This document shows, in pieces, positions 38,798 through 48,412 of a stretch of DNA of 64,000 nucleotides; position 1 is the stretch's first letter, and each line of letters opens with the position of its first letter. The notes under the pieces were generated by a model. That model saw only the letters and a list, made by a program, of their open reading frames with translations. It searched no databases and was not told where the DNA came from. The DNA is from Bigelowiella natans CCMP2755 (taxonomy: Eukaryota; Protista; Cercozoa): the NCBI GenBank assembly GCA_000320545.1, contig ADNK01000546.1, positions 4,521 through 68,520 of the forward strand. The letters are read 5' to 3'. A program made the translations under genes and the position numbers.

Positions 38798-39655
38798 CGA
38801 AAAATATGCCTCTTCTTTGAGATGGCAATGCCTTAGAACTTCTGGGTATTCCTCAATAGATCGATTTGATAGTCTGCGTTTCTCTCGCTACTGATCAGTG
38901 CCCATGAGGGATGGGGCTCGGGGAGTAAAAATTCGAGGGAAATTTCGAGGTAATTCTCAATGAATAAGCAAATGTGCTTTCTATAGAAAAAATTACCATT
39001 GTAAAATATACACTACGACTAAAAATAATGGTTGTCTCTGTGGTGTATTTATATTCAAATTCATCCAAATAGCTACCATAAACCATTAGAAACTCTCTGA
39101 AAAATCGGCAACTCACATTTGCAAGGCTATGAGGAGATAGACTTTTTAGGGCCTATCGAATCGTTCAAGTGCATCGAGAGGGTGATTGGAGGCGAACAAC
39201 TGCAAAATTAACACGAATTACCTGCTTTCTAGTTTGCTACTCAAAACCCGAGAAGGACATTGGGTCTTAATTGATAGTGGGAACGAGCTCGTTCGACAAG
39301 ATTGAGGAAGGGCCTACATGTAAAACGCAGGGGAAATTGGCCGATGTTGGATTGCTCAAACATGTAAAATTTACTCCCGAGATCGACGGCAGAAAAAGGC
39401 CCAGATGGATATTTTAGGTTGGAGAAAACGCAGTGTGCTGGCAGCATGGCAGCAATGGCAGCACACCCATTAAGATTTGCCGACCTGGCATGTTGGCGGG
39501 AAAATGTTTTGATTTCGGGATGATGTTGAATTTGAAGCATTTAACTGGATTTTTCTCATTGCGACATGATCAACCAATTGTTTCTCCTAGTCTCACAGTA
39601 GTGAACGGAACCTTGCGCTTGTGCCCCAACTGGCTTGTTCCCAGCAATGTGAGCT

Positions 39656-39981
39656 TGTTGCGCGTAAGGTGTTCACAGGCCGAGGCGCTACGTGCACAAG
39701 TAGGCAGGGGGGGGGAAAGGCACGTTTGCTTCCTTTTGAAGAGTTTTGTTTATTTTTATTAAAGATTATATTTTTATTAAATCGTGCACTGCGTAATCAT
39801 TCGCGAAGCTTTCGCGAATGCCGCCGCACGTGGGGCAGCACACTTCCGGTGTGCTGCCATGAGTCCCGCCGGAACCCACGTGCCTATGCTGTATTAATAT
39901 CTACGTTATCTATATTCTATATCCGCGACAACCCCTTTGTTGTCGCACGTGACTTGTGCCCGCGTAGTGGTACGCGCTACA
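39656..39981 (-). repeat. Outer 3' LTR (326 bp), part of a 572-bp tandem duplication
   Basis: 39656-40226 repeats 40227-40798; abuts the AGCT target-site duplication. Confidence 0.95.
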
Positions 39982-40226
39982 CCTCCCCCAAGTCACGTTG
40001 CTCCTTCCTTCCTTCCTTATTCCCTTAGACCTTCATCGCTTTCGGAACTTCACCAACCACCAGGTAATAGATTCCTCTCTAACCTTATCTCCTTTGTCGC
40101 TTACCCAGAACTCACCTTCGTCCTTAGGTTCGTGTCCATACCAGCCCTCTGCATCAAGGTCCCCCAGGACCTTATACCAGTGCTCAAAGGGTAAGTCGGG
40201 AACAGCTAGGTAGAGTAGCTGATATT

Positions 40227-40553
40227 TGTTGCGCGTAAGGTGTTCACAGGCCGAGGCGCTACGTGCACAAGTAGGCAGGGGGGGGGGAAAGGCACGTTTG
40301 CTTCCTTTTGAAGAGTTGTGTTTATTTTTATTAAAGATTATATTTTTATTAAATCGTGCACTGCGTAATCATTCGCGAAGCTTTCGCGAATGCCGCCGCA
40401 CGTGGGGCAGCACACTTCCGGTGTGCTGCCCATGAGTCCCGCCGGAACCCACGTGCTATGCTGTATTAATATCTACGTTATCTATATTCTATATCCGCGA
40501 CAACCCCTTTGTTGTCGCACGTGACTTGTGCCCGCGTAGTGGTACGCGCTACA
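40227..40553 (-). repeat. Inner 3' LTR (327 bp)
   Basis: Same repeat with one substitution and three 1-nt indels relative to the other two copies. Confidence 0.95.
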
Positions 40554-40561
40554 CCTCCCCC
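40554..40561 (-). promoter_or_regulatory. Polypurine tract GGGGGAGG (duplicated at 39982-39989)
   Basis: Purine run immediately upstream of each 3' LTR on the element strand. Confidence 0.75.
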
Positions 40562-40604
40562 AAGTCACGTTGCTCCTTCCTTCCTTCCTTATTCCCTTAG
40601 ACCT

Positions 40605-41570
40605 TCATCGCTTTCGGAACTTCACCAACCACCAGGTAATAGATTCCTCTCTAACCTTATCTCCTTTGTCGCTTACCCAGAACTCACCTTCGTCCTTAGG
40701 TTCGTGTCCATACCAGCCCTCTGCATCAAGGTCCCCCAGGACCTTATACCAGTGCTCAAAGGGTAAGTCGGGAACAGCTAGGTAGAGTAGCTGATATTTT
40801 CCGTCCTTTATTTTCATAGCTACCCTCTCCATATTTCGTAATCCAGGGTAGCCTAGATAGACAATCTTCATGCGCCAATCGTCGTTCACCCTGACCTTAT
40901 TGTTTCCATATTCCACATCGAACTTAGGTCGGGGTCCTAAACAAGGCATTGCTCGCTCCCACACAGTAGGGTTTACTTTAACATCCTCTAGGAGCTTCTC
41001 ACCGATATCATAATTCTTTAGGTGACTGATGTGGCGCAAGGTGACCCTGTTCCCATCATAGATGTAGTACTGCTTCCTCCCCTTCCTCTCGGTAACCTTT
41101 GCAACGCCACCCCAGAAGGGGTCTTGTTTATTTCTCGATCTCAGATTTACCTTGGCCCTAACATACTGTCCTTCCTTTAGAACTCGGCCATCGTACGGGA
41201 CCTTCTCGTCTTCGCTCTCGGTATCGTCGTCGTTGTCGTCGCCTTCTTCCCTCTCCTTATCCTTGATACCTCCCCCAGACGTGAAGGTGTCGTTTACTAA
41301 CCCTTGTATCTTGTCTGGTGTGGTGCTATTTATCCTGCTTAGGTTGGCCAAGGTGCGGTGGAGTCGCTCTACCTTGGAGTTGGACTGGGCATAGTATACA
41401 GGTGAGGCATCAATATTAGGGTGTGGTAGCTGTAGAAGAGAGGTCTCATTATCCACATGTAACTTCTTTGGTATCTTGTTTATGCTAACTTCATCAGGGA
41501 TAGCCTGGAGCTCAGACTCCCAGGTACGGTAGCAGTTAGTAAGCCTCTGCTTATATAAGCCTTTGTTTTT
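40605..41570 (-). CDS. Frameshifted integrase C-terminal part plus Dam-like adenine methyltransferase-fold extension
   Basis: PKKLHVDN..SPVYYAQSNSKVERLHRTL supplies the second D and the E of the DDE triad; DPFWGG..RHISHLKNY is the integrase C-terminal SH3-like domain; about 125 further residues follow. Confidence 0.85.
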   Translation of the reverse strand, partial: KNKGLYKQRLTNCYRTWESELQAIPDEVSINKIPKKLHVDNETSLLQLPHPNIDASPVYYAQSNSKVERLHRTLANLSRINSTTPDKIQGLVNDTFTSGGGIKDKEREEGDDNDDDTESEDEKVPYDGRVLKEGQYVRAKVNLRSRNKQDPFWGGVAKVTERKGRKQYYIYDGNRVTLRHISHLKNYDIGEKLLEDVKVNPTVWERAMPCLGPRPKFDVEYGNNKVRVNDDWRMKIVYLGYPGLRNMERVAMKIKDGKYQLLYLAVPDLPFEHWYKVLGDLDAEGWYGHEPKDEGEFWVSDKGDKVREESITWWLVKFRKR

Positions 41571-44500
41571 TAGCAACGTTGACCTTGATAATCTTTTTAA
41601 CCCAGCACTTTCCAGTGGCCACATCAACGAAGGTAAGGTAGTGATAGCCATCGTACTTATAAACATCAATTTGCACGATATCTAAGAAGTTCCTTGCTTT
41701 GATTTTCTTAGATGCACGGCTCTTGCTGGACTCCTTGGTGGCGACGCCTGCCGCCTTCAAGCTGGAGCACCTGCAGCCACGCAGGTATGTCCTTATCTCT
41801 TTTAGCTTGTAGGGCCAGTAGTAATGGTAGAGTAGAGCAGTGATATGGTTTTCTCCTACGTGTGCAGGTCCATGGGCGGTAAAGAGAAGGGCTCCCCTGG
41901 TCCGCCGTGGCACGTAGGTACGCCTAACATTATTAGTGTATACATATATCCTATCACTAAGTACCTCATGCTTGTGTTTGTATTTATCCAGGTGTTCTTG
42001 AAGGTGCTGGAGCTCCTCTGGCTCAGGCAGGAAGTCGCCGTCCTCGAAGGTAATCGCGTTAACCATAGGGGTGACCTGGGTAGGGACTTTCTTTTCGAAC
42101 AGCCTGCTGAAATAGTCAGCAAGCTGCTTGTCTCCTGGTGCGTAGACCACTGTCCTCTTGTCCCTAAACTCTTCCGTGTCCGCCCTCATAGCTGCATACT
42201 CATCGTTAGGCGCTTCGAGCTTGCGGTCGATGCCTAGGAGGGGGTTGTGGTCAGTCATTAAGGTGAAGCTGGGCACCGACAGCAGGTAGTATCTTAGTTT
42301 CCTCTGCGCCTCAGTCATGGCTTTATACTCTCCTTTTGTAGGGCTGTACTTGGCCTCAGCTGCTGTGCAGGCCCTGCCCCACACCCGTATGATCTGCTGG
42401 TCTTGGGTAAGTACAGCAGCCATACCTAGCTTAGACCAGTCTGTCCATAGGGTAGCTGGTCTAGTAGTGTCTAGCTTAGCATTCAATAGGGTGTTGCTGC
42501 ATAACTTTATTAGGTTATCGAAGTGGGCATCAAGGCCAGCCTTGGCCCACACCTTAGCGAAGCTGAGGCCTACAGAGTTCTCCTTCCGGTAAGCAGTAGT
42601 AAAAGCAGCTGCAGTCCTAGCGTAGGTAGGGGAGAACCTACGTAGTATCCAAGCTGCAGTGTGCAAGAATGACTTTAATTTCTTTGCATTCTTAGGTTTA
42701 GGGGCTTGCTGTAGTGCTGCTACTTTCTCGGGGTTTGGGGTGATGCGGCCTTGCTCCAGGTAATATCCACACCACTTGATTCTTGTAGCTAGGAATGTAC
42801 ACTTCTGCAGTCTAATAGTAAAACCGAAGTGTGCAAACCTAATAAATATATTTTCCAGGAGGAAGATCTGAGCGACGACTGTGTTGGTACATATTATGTC
42901 ATCATCCACATACACAAACACAAACACCCACAACACAGACGCCATCCCATCATGTGTGTATGCCCTGTAGTTCTGACTACTGAACGCATCCCCTGATATG
43001 CTTAGGCCGTAAGGGAATACGACGAAGTGCCACTTCCTGTGCCTGCTGGAGAACGCGGTAATGGGGCGGGAGGTTTTGTGGATGGGTGTCTGCATGTATG
43101 ATTCATTTTTATCTAGGGAAGAGTAGTATTTGTATCCTATGACGTGTTCAATAACGTCATCTATCCTTGGTGTAGGTGTCTGGATCCTCTTTATTACTCG
43201 GTTGTGGCGGATGAAGTTGTGCGCCAGGCGGAAGAAAGGGTAAGTAGGTTTCTTAGCTAGCACATGTCTCACGTTCCATGGTGAGTTGCTTGGCTCTATC
43301 TTCCCTTCCTTTGCCCATTCATTGATCTGCCACTCTATCTTTTCCCAGTCCGCTTCCGGTCGCCTATGTTCTGGGTCATTGATGATGCACTCTTCGTATC
43401 CCTTCTTTAGCTCGATCTTTACTGGGGTAAGCTTGCTGGAGGGCTTCGTCGTCGGCTTGGTGATGTCAGAGTACTTCTCGTTTAATATTTTATTAATGTA
43501 CTTTTTGCCTTTGTCGATATCCCAATCATCAGCTGGGGGGGTCTTGTCCAGTAGCTCCGTTATCTGTCGGATGGTCTTGCCGGGGTTCTTCTTCCGTAGC
43601 TCGGTAGGTGTAGGTAGCTTGTTGTCCGCTAGGTCCATAAACTCTAACGCATTAACGCTTGACTCAGAGGTCCACTCGTCAAGCCGTATCATGTTCTGGC
43701 TGATGGTCCTGCCTGACTTCTTTGGCAACTTAGCAAAGTATATCTTGTGATTGTAGAATGATATGATCCCCCCTAATTTTTCTAGGGCATCCTGTCCGAG
43801 GAGTAGTTCCATGGATAAAGTCATGGCTACTCGGGTCTTGATTTGGGTCTCCGCGTCGCTGCCAGGTATCTGTAGCTTTAGCATTAGCTCACCGACGGTC
43901 TTCATGGAAGAGCTTCCGTCTGCTTGAGCATATTTACGTTCTTTCTTAGTCACTTGATCCAATAGTCCTAACCTTCTTACTGTGCTTAGGCTTATGAAGG
44001 ACTTCGGCATGCTGCCACTATCCCAAAGGGCAGGTAGTTTCTTGTAGTCTCCGTAGCTGTCTTTAACTTTAACCTTGGTCATAGCAACTTTGATAGTCCT
44101 GTTAGCGTCTTCGTCATTAATGTTGCATACTCCTAAGTTCTTTATGTCGTCTAGGGTCATGGGCTTGTCTTGGTCCTGCGTTGCTGGTACTGCTGTCTTC
44201 GTCGGCGCCTGCTTAAGGTGATCTAATATTCCGTTTATCTGCTGCTGTATAGCATTGATACTGTTCTGCTTTTTGTTCTTATATTTATTGTTCTTCCCGT
44301 TGTTGCTGCCTTGCCATTTGCTGTTGTTATATCCTTGTCCTCTGCCTTTCTTTCTCTTTAACTTCTCGTAGTGTTCGTTGAGCTGCCTGATCGTCATCCT
44401 GGGTCGTCCTTCTTTCCTGTCTCTGCAGTCTTTAGCGGTGTGTTTCCCTTTACGTGAGCAGTATCCGCAACGTCGGTTACCTTCCCTGTCCTTGTACCAG

Positions 44501-45576
44501 TCTCGCTGCGGCTTAATAGCGTTAATGTTTCCTATGCCAGGTACCTTAGGGCTGGTAAACTTGCGGTCCTGCTCCTGCTCGCGTAGGGATATAGCCTGCA
44601 CTGCTGCCTCCATCGTGGTGTAGCCTTTCTCCGTAACGTAAGTGGATTCCTTTATCTTTAACTTGAACTCTTCAAACCTTGCCTGATCATCACCTGTGTT
44701 GTAATTAAAATCATGTAGTTCGTCGATCATATCCTGGAAGCGCGTGGCAAAGTCTCTAACAGGTTCTCTCTCATGCTGCATCATTGCTCTGTATTTTCTA
44801 ATAGCCTGGGGTAGGGAGTTAGCATCCTGTTCATTTACAAAAGCCTTCATTATCGCCTCAACGTCTCGTAGCCCACTAACTGTAGTGTGTATTTTCTCTA
44901 GCTGCCTGATCCGGGTCCTGCCTGTCTCGTAAAGGTCCATGGCTTGCTTTATTATAGCTAGCCATTTGAGCTTGTCGTTTTCGGTGGGGTTAGGGGTAAA
45001 GTCGCAGAGTATACTCCTAGCGTTCTTCCACCACCTCCTTGCCTCACCTCTTTTCCCGTTGTATTTCGTTATCATAACCGGTGCTGTTTTAACAGACATG
45101 AACTGGGTGTTCCGCTGTACCGGCTGCTGCTGCTTGACGGTGCTCTGGGTCGTCCCCCGCGAGGCGCCCAGACCCCCGTCGTTCCTAAACAAAGCTGCCC
45201 ACTCTGGAGGTAAGTCTGCTTCGTAATCCATGATGTCCTGCATGATAGCTGCCCAAACATCATGTGTCTGATACTTGTATTCTATCGATACTTTCAGTTT
45301 GGCGTAGTTGCTCGCCCTGGGTCGCAAGGCTCGTAATGCCATTACGACCTTCTTGCTTTCGGCGGCCACGTCCTCGTCGTCCGCCTCGTAGAAGTTCTCC
45401 AGTGCCTCTGCTGCTGCATCTGCTTTCTTAATCCCGGGTGCTGGTCCCGGCGGTGCCTGTGGAGGTGTTCCTCCTCCTTCCTTAGCGTCCGTATCGCCCT
45501 TCCTTTCCTGTTTCTGCTCGTGCCCTTGCACGGCCTGCGAGCCAAAGTCCTGCTGTTCTTCTAGCTGCTGTGACAT
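41551..45576 (-). CDS. Gag-Pol polyprotein (gag with zinc knuckle, aspartic protease, RT, RNase H, integrase N-terminal part)
   Basis: CGYCSRKGKHTAKDC; LWDSGS; SPWN, SSLD, PYGL, VYVDD; WTDWS..YSPTKGE..TDHNPL..ADYFSR; H-H-C-C zinc finger, IVQID..LTFVDVAT. Confidence 0.93.
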   Translation of the reverse strand: MSQQLEEQQDFGSQAVQGHEQKQERKGDTDAKEGGGTPPQAPPGPAPGIKKADAAAEALENFYEADDEDVAAESKKVVMALRALRPRASNYAKLKVSIEYKYQTHDVWAAIMQDIMDYEADLPPEWAALFRNDGGLGASRGTTQSTVKQQQPVQRNTQFMSVKTAPVMITKYNGKRGEARRWWKNARSILCDFTPNPTENDKLKWLAIIKQAMDLYETGRTRIRQLEKIHTTVSGLRDVEAIMKAFVNEQDANSLPQAIRKYRAMMQHEREPVRDFATRFQDMIDELHDFNYNTGDDQARFEEFKLKIKESTYVTEKGYTTMEAAVQAISLREQEQDRKFTSPKVPGIGNINAIKPQRDWYKDREGNRRCGYCSRKGKHTAKDCRDRKEGRPRMTIRQLNEHYEKLKRKKGRGQGYNNSKWQGSNNGKNNKYKNKKQNSINAIQQQINGILDHLKQAPTKTAVPATQDQDKPMTLDDIKNLGVCNINDEDANRTIKVAMTKVKVKDSYGDYKKLPALWDSGSMPKSFISLSTVRRLGLLDQVTKKERKYAQADGSSSMKTVGELMLKLQIPGSDAETQIKTRVAMTLSMELLLGQDALEKLGGIISFYNHKIYFAKLPKKSGRTISQNMIRLDEWTSESSVNALEFMDLADNKLPTPTELRKKNPGKTIRQITELLDKTPPADDWDIDKGKKYINKILNEKYSDITKPTTKPSSKLTPVKIELKKGYEECIINDPEHRRPEADWEKIEWQINEWAKEGKIEPSNSPWNVRHVLAKKPTYPFFRLAHNFIRHNRVIKRIQTPTPRIDDVIEHVIGYKYYSSLDKNESYMQTPIHKTSRPITAFSSRHRKWHFVVFPYGLSISGDAFSSQNYRAYTHDGMASVLWVFVFVYVDDDIICTNTVVAQIFLLENIFIRFAHFGFTIRLQKCTFLATRIKWCGYYLEQGRITPNPEKVAALQQAPKPKNAKKLKSFLHTAAWILRRFSPTYARTAAAFTTAYRKENSVGLSFAKVWAKAGLDAHFDNLIKLCSNTLLNAKLDTTRPATLWTDWSKLGMAAVLTQDQQIIRVWGRACTAAEAKYSPTKGEYKAMTEAQRKLRYYLLSVPSFTLMTDHNPLLGIDRKLEAPNDEYAAMRADTEEFRDKRTVVYAPGDKQLADYFSRLFEKKVPTQVTPMVNAITFEDGDFLPEPEELQHLQEHLDKYKHKHEVLSDRIYVYTNNVRRTYVPRRTRGALLFTAHGPAHVGENHITALLYHYYWPYKLKEIRTYLRGCRCSSLKAAGVATKESSKSRASKKIKARNFLDIVQIDVYKYDGYHYLTFVDVATGKCWVKKIIKVNVAKKQRLI

Positions 45577-45592
45577 TGTTAGTCAAATCGTT

Positions 45593-45610
45593 TCCCGTGT
45601 GTGGAAGCCA
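45593..45610 (-). promoter_or_regulatory. Primer-binding site TGGCTTCCACACACGGGA
   Basis: Starts with TGG 5 nt inside the 5' LTR boundary; complementary to a tRNA 3' end ...GGAAG-CCA. tRNA identity not assigned. Confidence 0.75.
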
Positions 45611-45615
45611 AAGGT

Positions 45616-45941
45616 TGTTGCGCGTAAGGTGTTCACAGGCCGAGGCGCTACGTGCACAAGTAGGCAGGGGGGGGGAAAGGCACGTTTGCTTCCTTTTGAA
45701 GAGTTTTGTTTATTTTTATTAAAGATTATATTTTTATTAAATCGTGCACTGCGTAATCATTCGCGAAGCTTTCGCGAATGCCGCCGCACGTGGGGCAGCA
45801 CACTTCCGGTGTGCTGCCATGAGTCCCGCCGGAACCCACGTGCCTATGCTGTATTAATATCTACGTTATCTATATTCTATATCCGCGACAACCCCTTTGT
45901 TGTCGCACGTGACTTGTGCCCGCGTAGTGGTACGCGCTACA
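45616..45941 (-). repeat. 5' LTR (326 bp)
   Basis: tgttgcgcgta...tacgcgctaca; direct repeat of 39656-39981 and 40227-40553. Confidence 0.95.
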
Positions 45942-46022
45942 AGCTATCCATCTAGACATTCCGTCTAGCCGTCGCAGCCGCACTAGCGTAGATCGATTGT
46001 GCGGCGCATCGCACGGCGTCAC

Positions 46023-46107
46023 TCGTCGTTCACCCTGACCTTATTGTTTCCATATTCCACATCGAACTTAGGTCGGGGTCCTAAACAAGGCATTGCTCGC
46101 TCCCACA
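46023..46107. repeat. Exact 85-bp copy of retrotransposon internal sequence 40879-40963 lying outside the element
   Basis: tcgtcgttcaccctgacc...cattgctcgctcccaca is identical at both sites, same orientation. Confidence 0.92.
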
Positions 46108-46418
46108 TCTAGACATGGCAACGCAGTGAACACTTTGCTAGTTCATGCGTTCATTTGTTAGTTTCCATGTTAGTCTTGATGAAGCACAGTTCAAAATGAC
46201 ATGAGCACATGCACCGATGGCTAGATGGATTGCTGGCGCTGCACATGAATTGAAATTGTGTGATGGCCTTTGGGTGTCATGTGGGCACAACTGACAAGTG
46301 CAATTAATCGATGGCCACAAGAATTCATCGGCATTTCAGCTACATTTTTCATTTTTATTCATTCTTGTACTTTCAAATGCTCGTACGAGATGCAAGCACG
46401 TTTTATGTCGAACTGGTT

Positions 46419-47811
46419 TCATCTAGATTTCAGCTTTTTTGATAACCTCTCCTTTAAAATTAAAGTTTTCTTCTTGATATCTGCCAATTTCCTCCTCAGC
46501 TCCTCTTTCTTTGCCTCTTTTTTTGCCGTTGAGACGACAGCGTGAAGATAGGCCTCAGGCTGCATCTAGAATAAATGTTGCAGAGTGAGTTCAACCGTTT
46601 CTAAAATACGAAATTTGATACATTATTTCTTAATCACAGCTATCTTTGTGCAGTTGCTAACGCAACACCTTGCCATTCGCCTTATTTTGCACAGAATCTT
46701 CTTTCAGGGTGAATGTATGATGTCGATCTGCTGCGTTCATCACGCGCTCAATATCTCCATTGTTGGTGGCCTGCACAAATCGAGACCAATCCTACAGTGA
46801 AGGAAAACACCAAAAATAGTCCACGGTGAGTTTCTTAAGTATGGTTTTGGAAATTAAGGAAAATGGGTAGTTACACTAACTACCCGCCTCCATTCTATTC
46901 CTTTTTCTCCCCTGCTCCCTGTATATTACTTCAGGTGTAAGCCTAATCCCTCTCTTCGACGGGATGCTATTGAGCGCGTGATACTCCCGGATGTCCACGG
47001 CCCATTTCCCCTTGTACTGAGTGATCTTTAGAAACTTCTCTCCGGCGAGGTGAAGCTGATACATTTGATTTCGAGCCTCGAGCGCCTCCGACACCTCGTT
47101 TATGTTTCTGCAAAGGTGCATAATACCTTCGTCGCGAAAGCTGATTCCCTTTCTAAGAGGCACTAACTGGCCATCTTTAAGGAAGAATTCGCGGAAAGAT
47201 GCTAGCCGTTGACCCAGGAAAAGTGACGCTTCAAATTTACGTAGCCCGCCCAGGTAGATGCTCTGAGAGCCATCGTCATTCTTGTCTAGGGTGTCGTCTT
47301 GATTCGGTCCCTTTTCTTTATGTAAATAGTTTGAGTTCTTCTCATTTATCCTCCCTTGTTGCCTCGACTCGTGCTGTTGATAAGAAAACACGGTGAAATA
47401 TTCACTAAAATTTACATCGTGGCTACGCTGGAATAGTGATGCTGTATTTGTATTGATGACCAAAAGACCTTTTCTTTGAAGTTGCAAGCTTTTGGAGAAT
47501 TTCTCTCTATAGCAGGGATAGAACTCTCGCTGGTAGATACGGAAGACCGTTTGTTCTCGCCACCTGTGTGATACGGCAACAAATTTAGTGGTGACAGGAT
47601 GTGTTACTCTCTGTGGTCTTAACATTATAATCAAGTTACCGTCAAAAAAATGTTCACTATCTCCATCACCCCTTTCTAAGAAAGAATCATTTAGTGTGTC
47701 TTGCTTATCCCCCTCTCCTTGATTTCGCGCGGCATCGTGAAAGTGGAAAGAGGATTCCTCAGTCCTCACCTGAAGGGGTGCTACCCTTTTGGAGAAAAAT
47801 GCAAGTAACAA
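46419..47811 (-). CDS. Protein with tandem PC4/Sub1 ssDNA-binding domains; start not resolved
   Basis: IYLGGLRKFEASLFLGQRLASFREFFLKDGQLVPLRKGISF and LHLAGEKFLKITQYKGKWAVDIREYH..PSKRGIRLTPE-DW; two further exons end KKLKSR*. Confidence 0.8.
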
Positions 47812-48412
47812 TCATCCCGCACATCGCATAGCTCATTGCCACTGACAAACCTCCTTTCCGGTGTTACGATTTCGAGAAAGACACATGCTAGTACGGCGAT
47901 TGCTGTAGAGAAAAAATATAAAAATCATATTTCCATCCTGACTTTAGCAGCAATATGAAAAGAAGTGAATATCGGACAACAGATGCGCCGGAAAAGCTTC
48001 GCCATTCCCCATCTCGCGGCCCGATCTTAGTTTGGTGTTCGATAAAAAAAGGCCTGGGTTTCGGTAAAAAGACAAATGATTTACCTCTATTATGAATCAA
48101 ATTTGGTTAAACCCAGCCTATTCACTGTGGGTTTTGTGTATGCGACAAGGCAGTTGAACATGAATATCCCGGATATCGCAACAAAATGCCTCATGGCTCA
48201 TATCTCACCGGAACCGAACGTGCCCCCCAAGTGCCCGTTATCAGAGCACCAGCTGCCGGAACCTAACGTCATCACGGCCTTATTCACATTTTAAGACTAC
48301 ATCAAGCTGCGGAGAACTGAAATAGCCCCATTTTCACACATTTATCTCTAGAAACTTCCAGACCTTCTGTAATACCCCAACACGAAATCATCACAACCCA
48401 TCCTCGACATCC

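Larger units (their letters stand above)
39656..45941 (-). mobile_element. Ty3/gypsy-type LTR retrotransposon, recent insertion, with three LTR copies
   Basis: TG...CA LTRs with an 11-bp near-perfect terminal inverted repeat; 4-bp target-site duplication AGCT (39652-39655 and 45942-45945); PBS; PPT; domain order gag-PR-RT-RH-INT; the outer LTRs look identical on reading. Confidence 0.95.

Noticed and set aside
39493-39503. E2F-like TTGGCGGGAAA upstream of the kinesin
   Set aside because: About 700 bp from the start, and the same word occurs inside a coding exon near 20115, so it is not discriminating.
41563-41573. Programmed -1 frameshift at A AAA AAC
   Set aside because: The required shift is +1 and the heptamer is not in the Pol zero frame.
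39656-45941. DIRS/Ngaro tyrosine-recombinase element, suggested by the A-B-A-B...A repeat layout and MT-like domain
   Set aside because: Protease, DDE integrase, TG..CA LTRs, PBS, PPT and a 4-bp TSD are present, and no tyrosine recombinase is seen.
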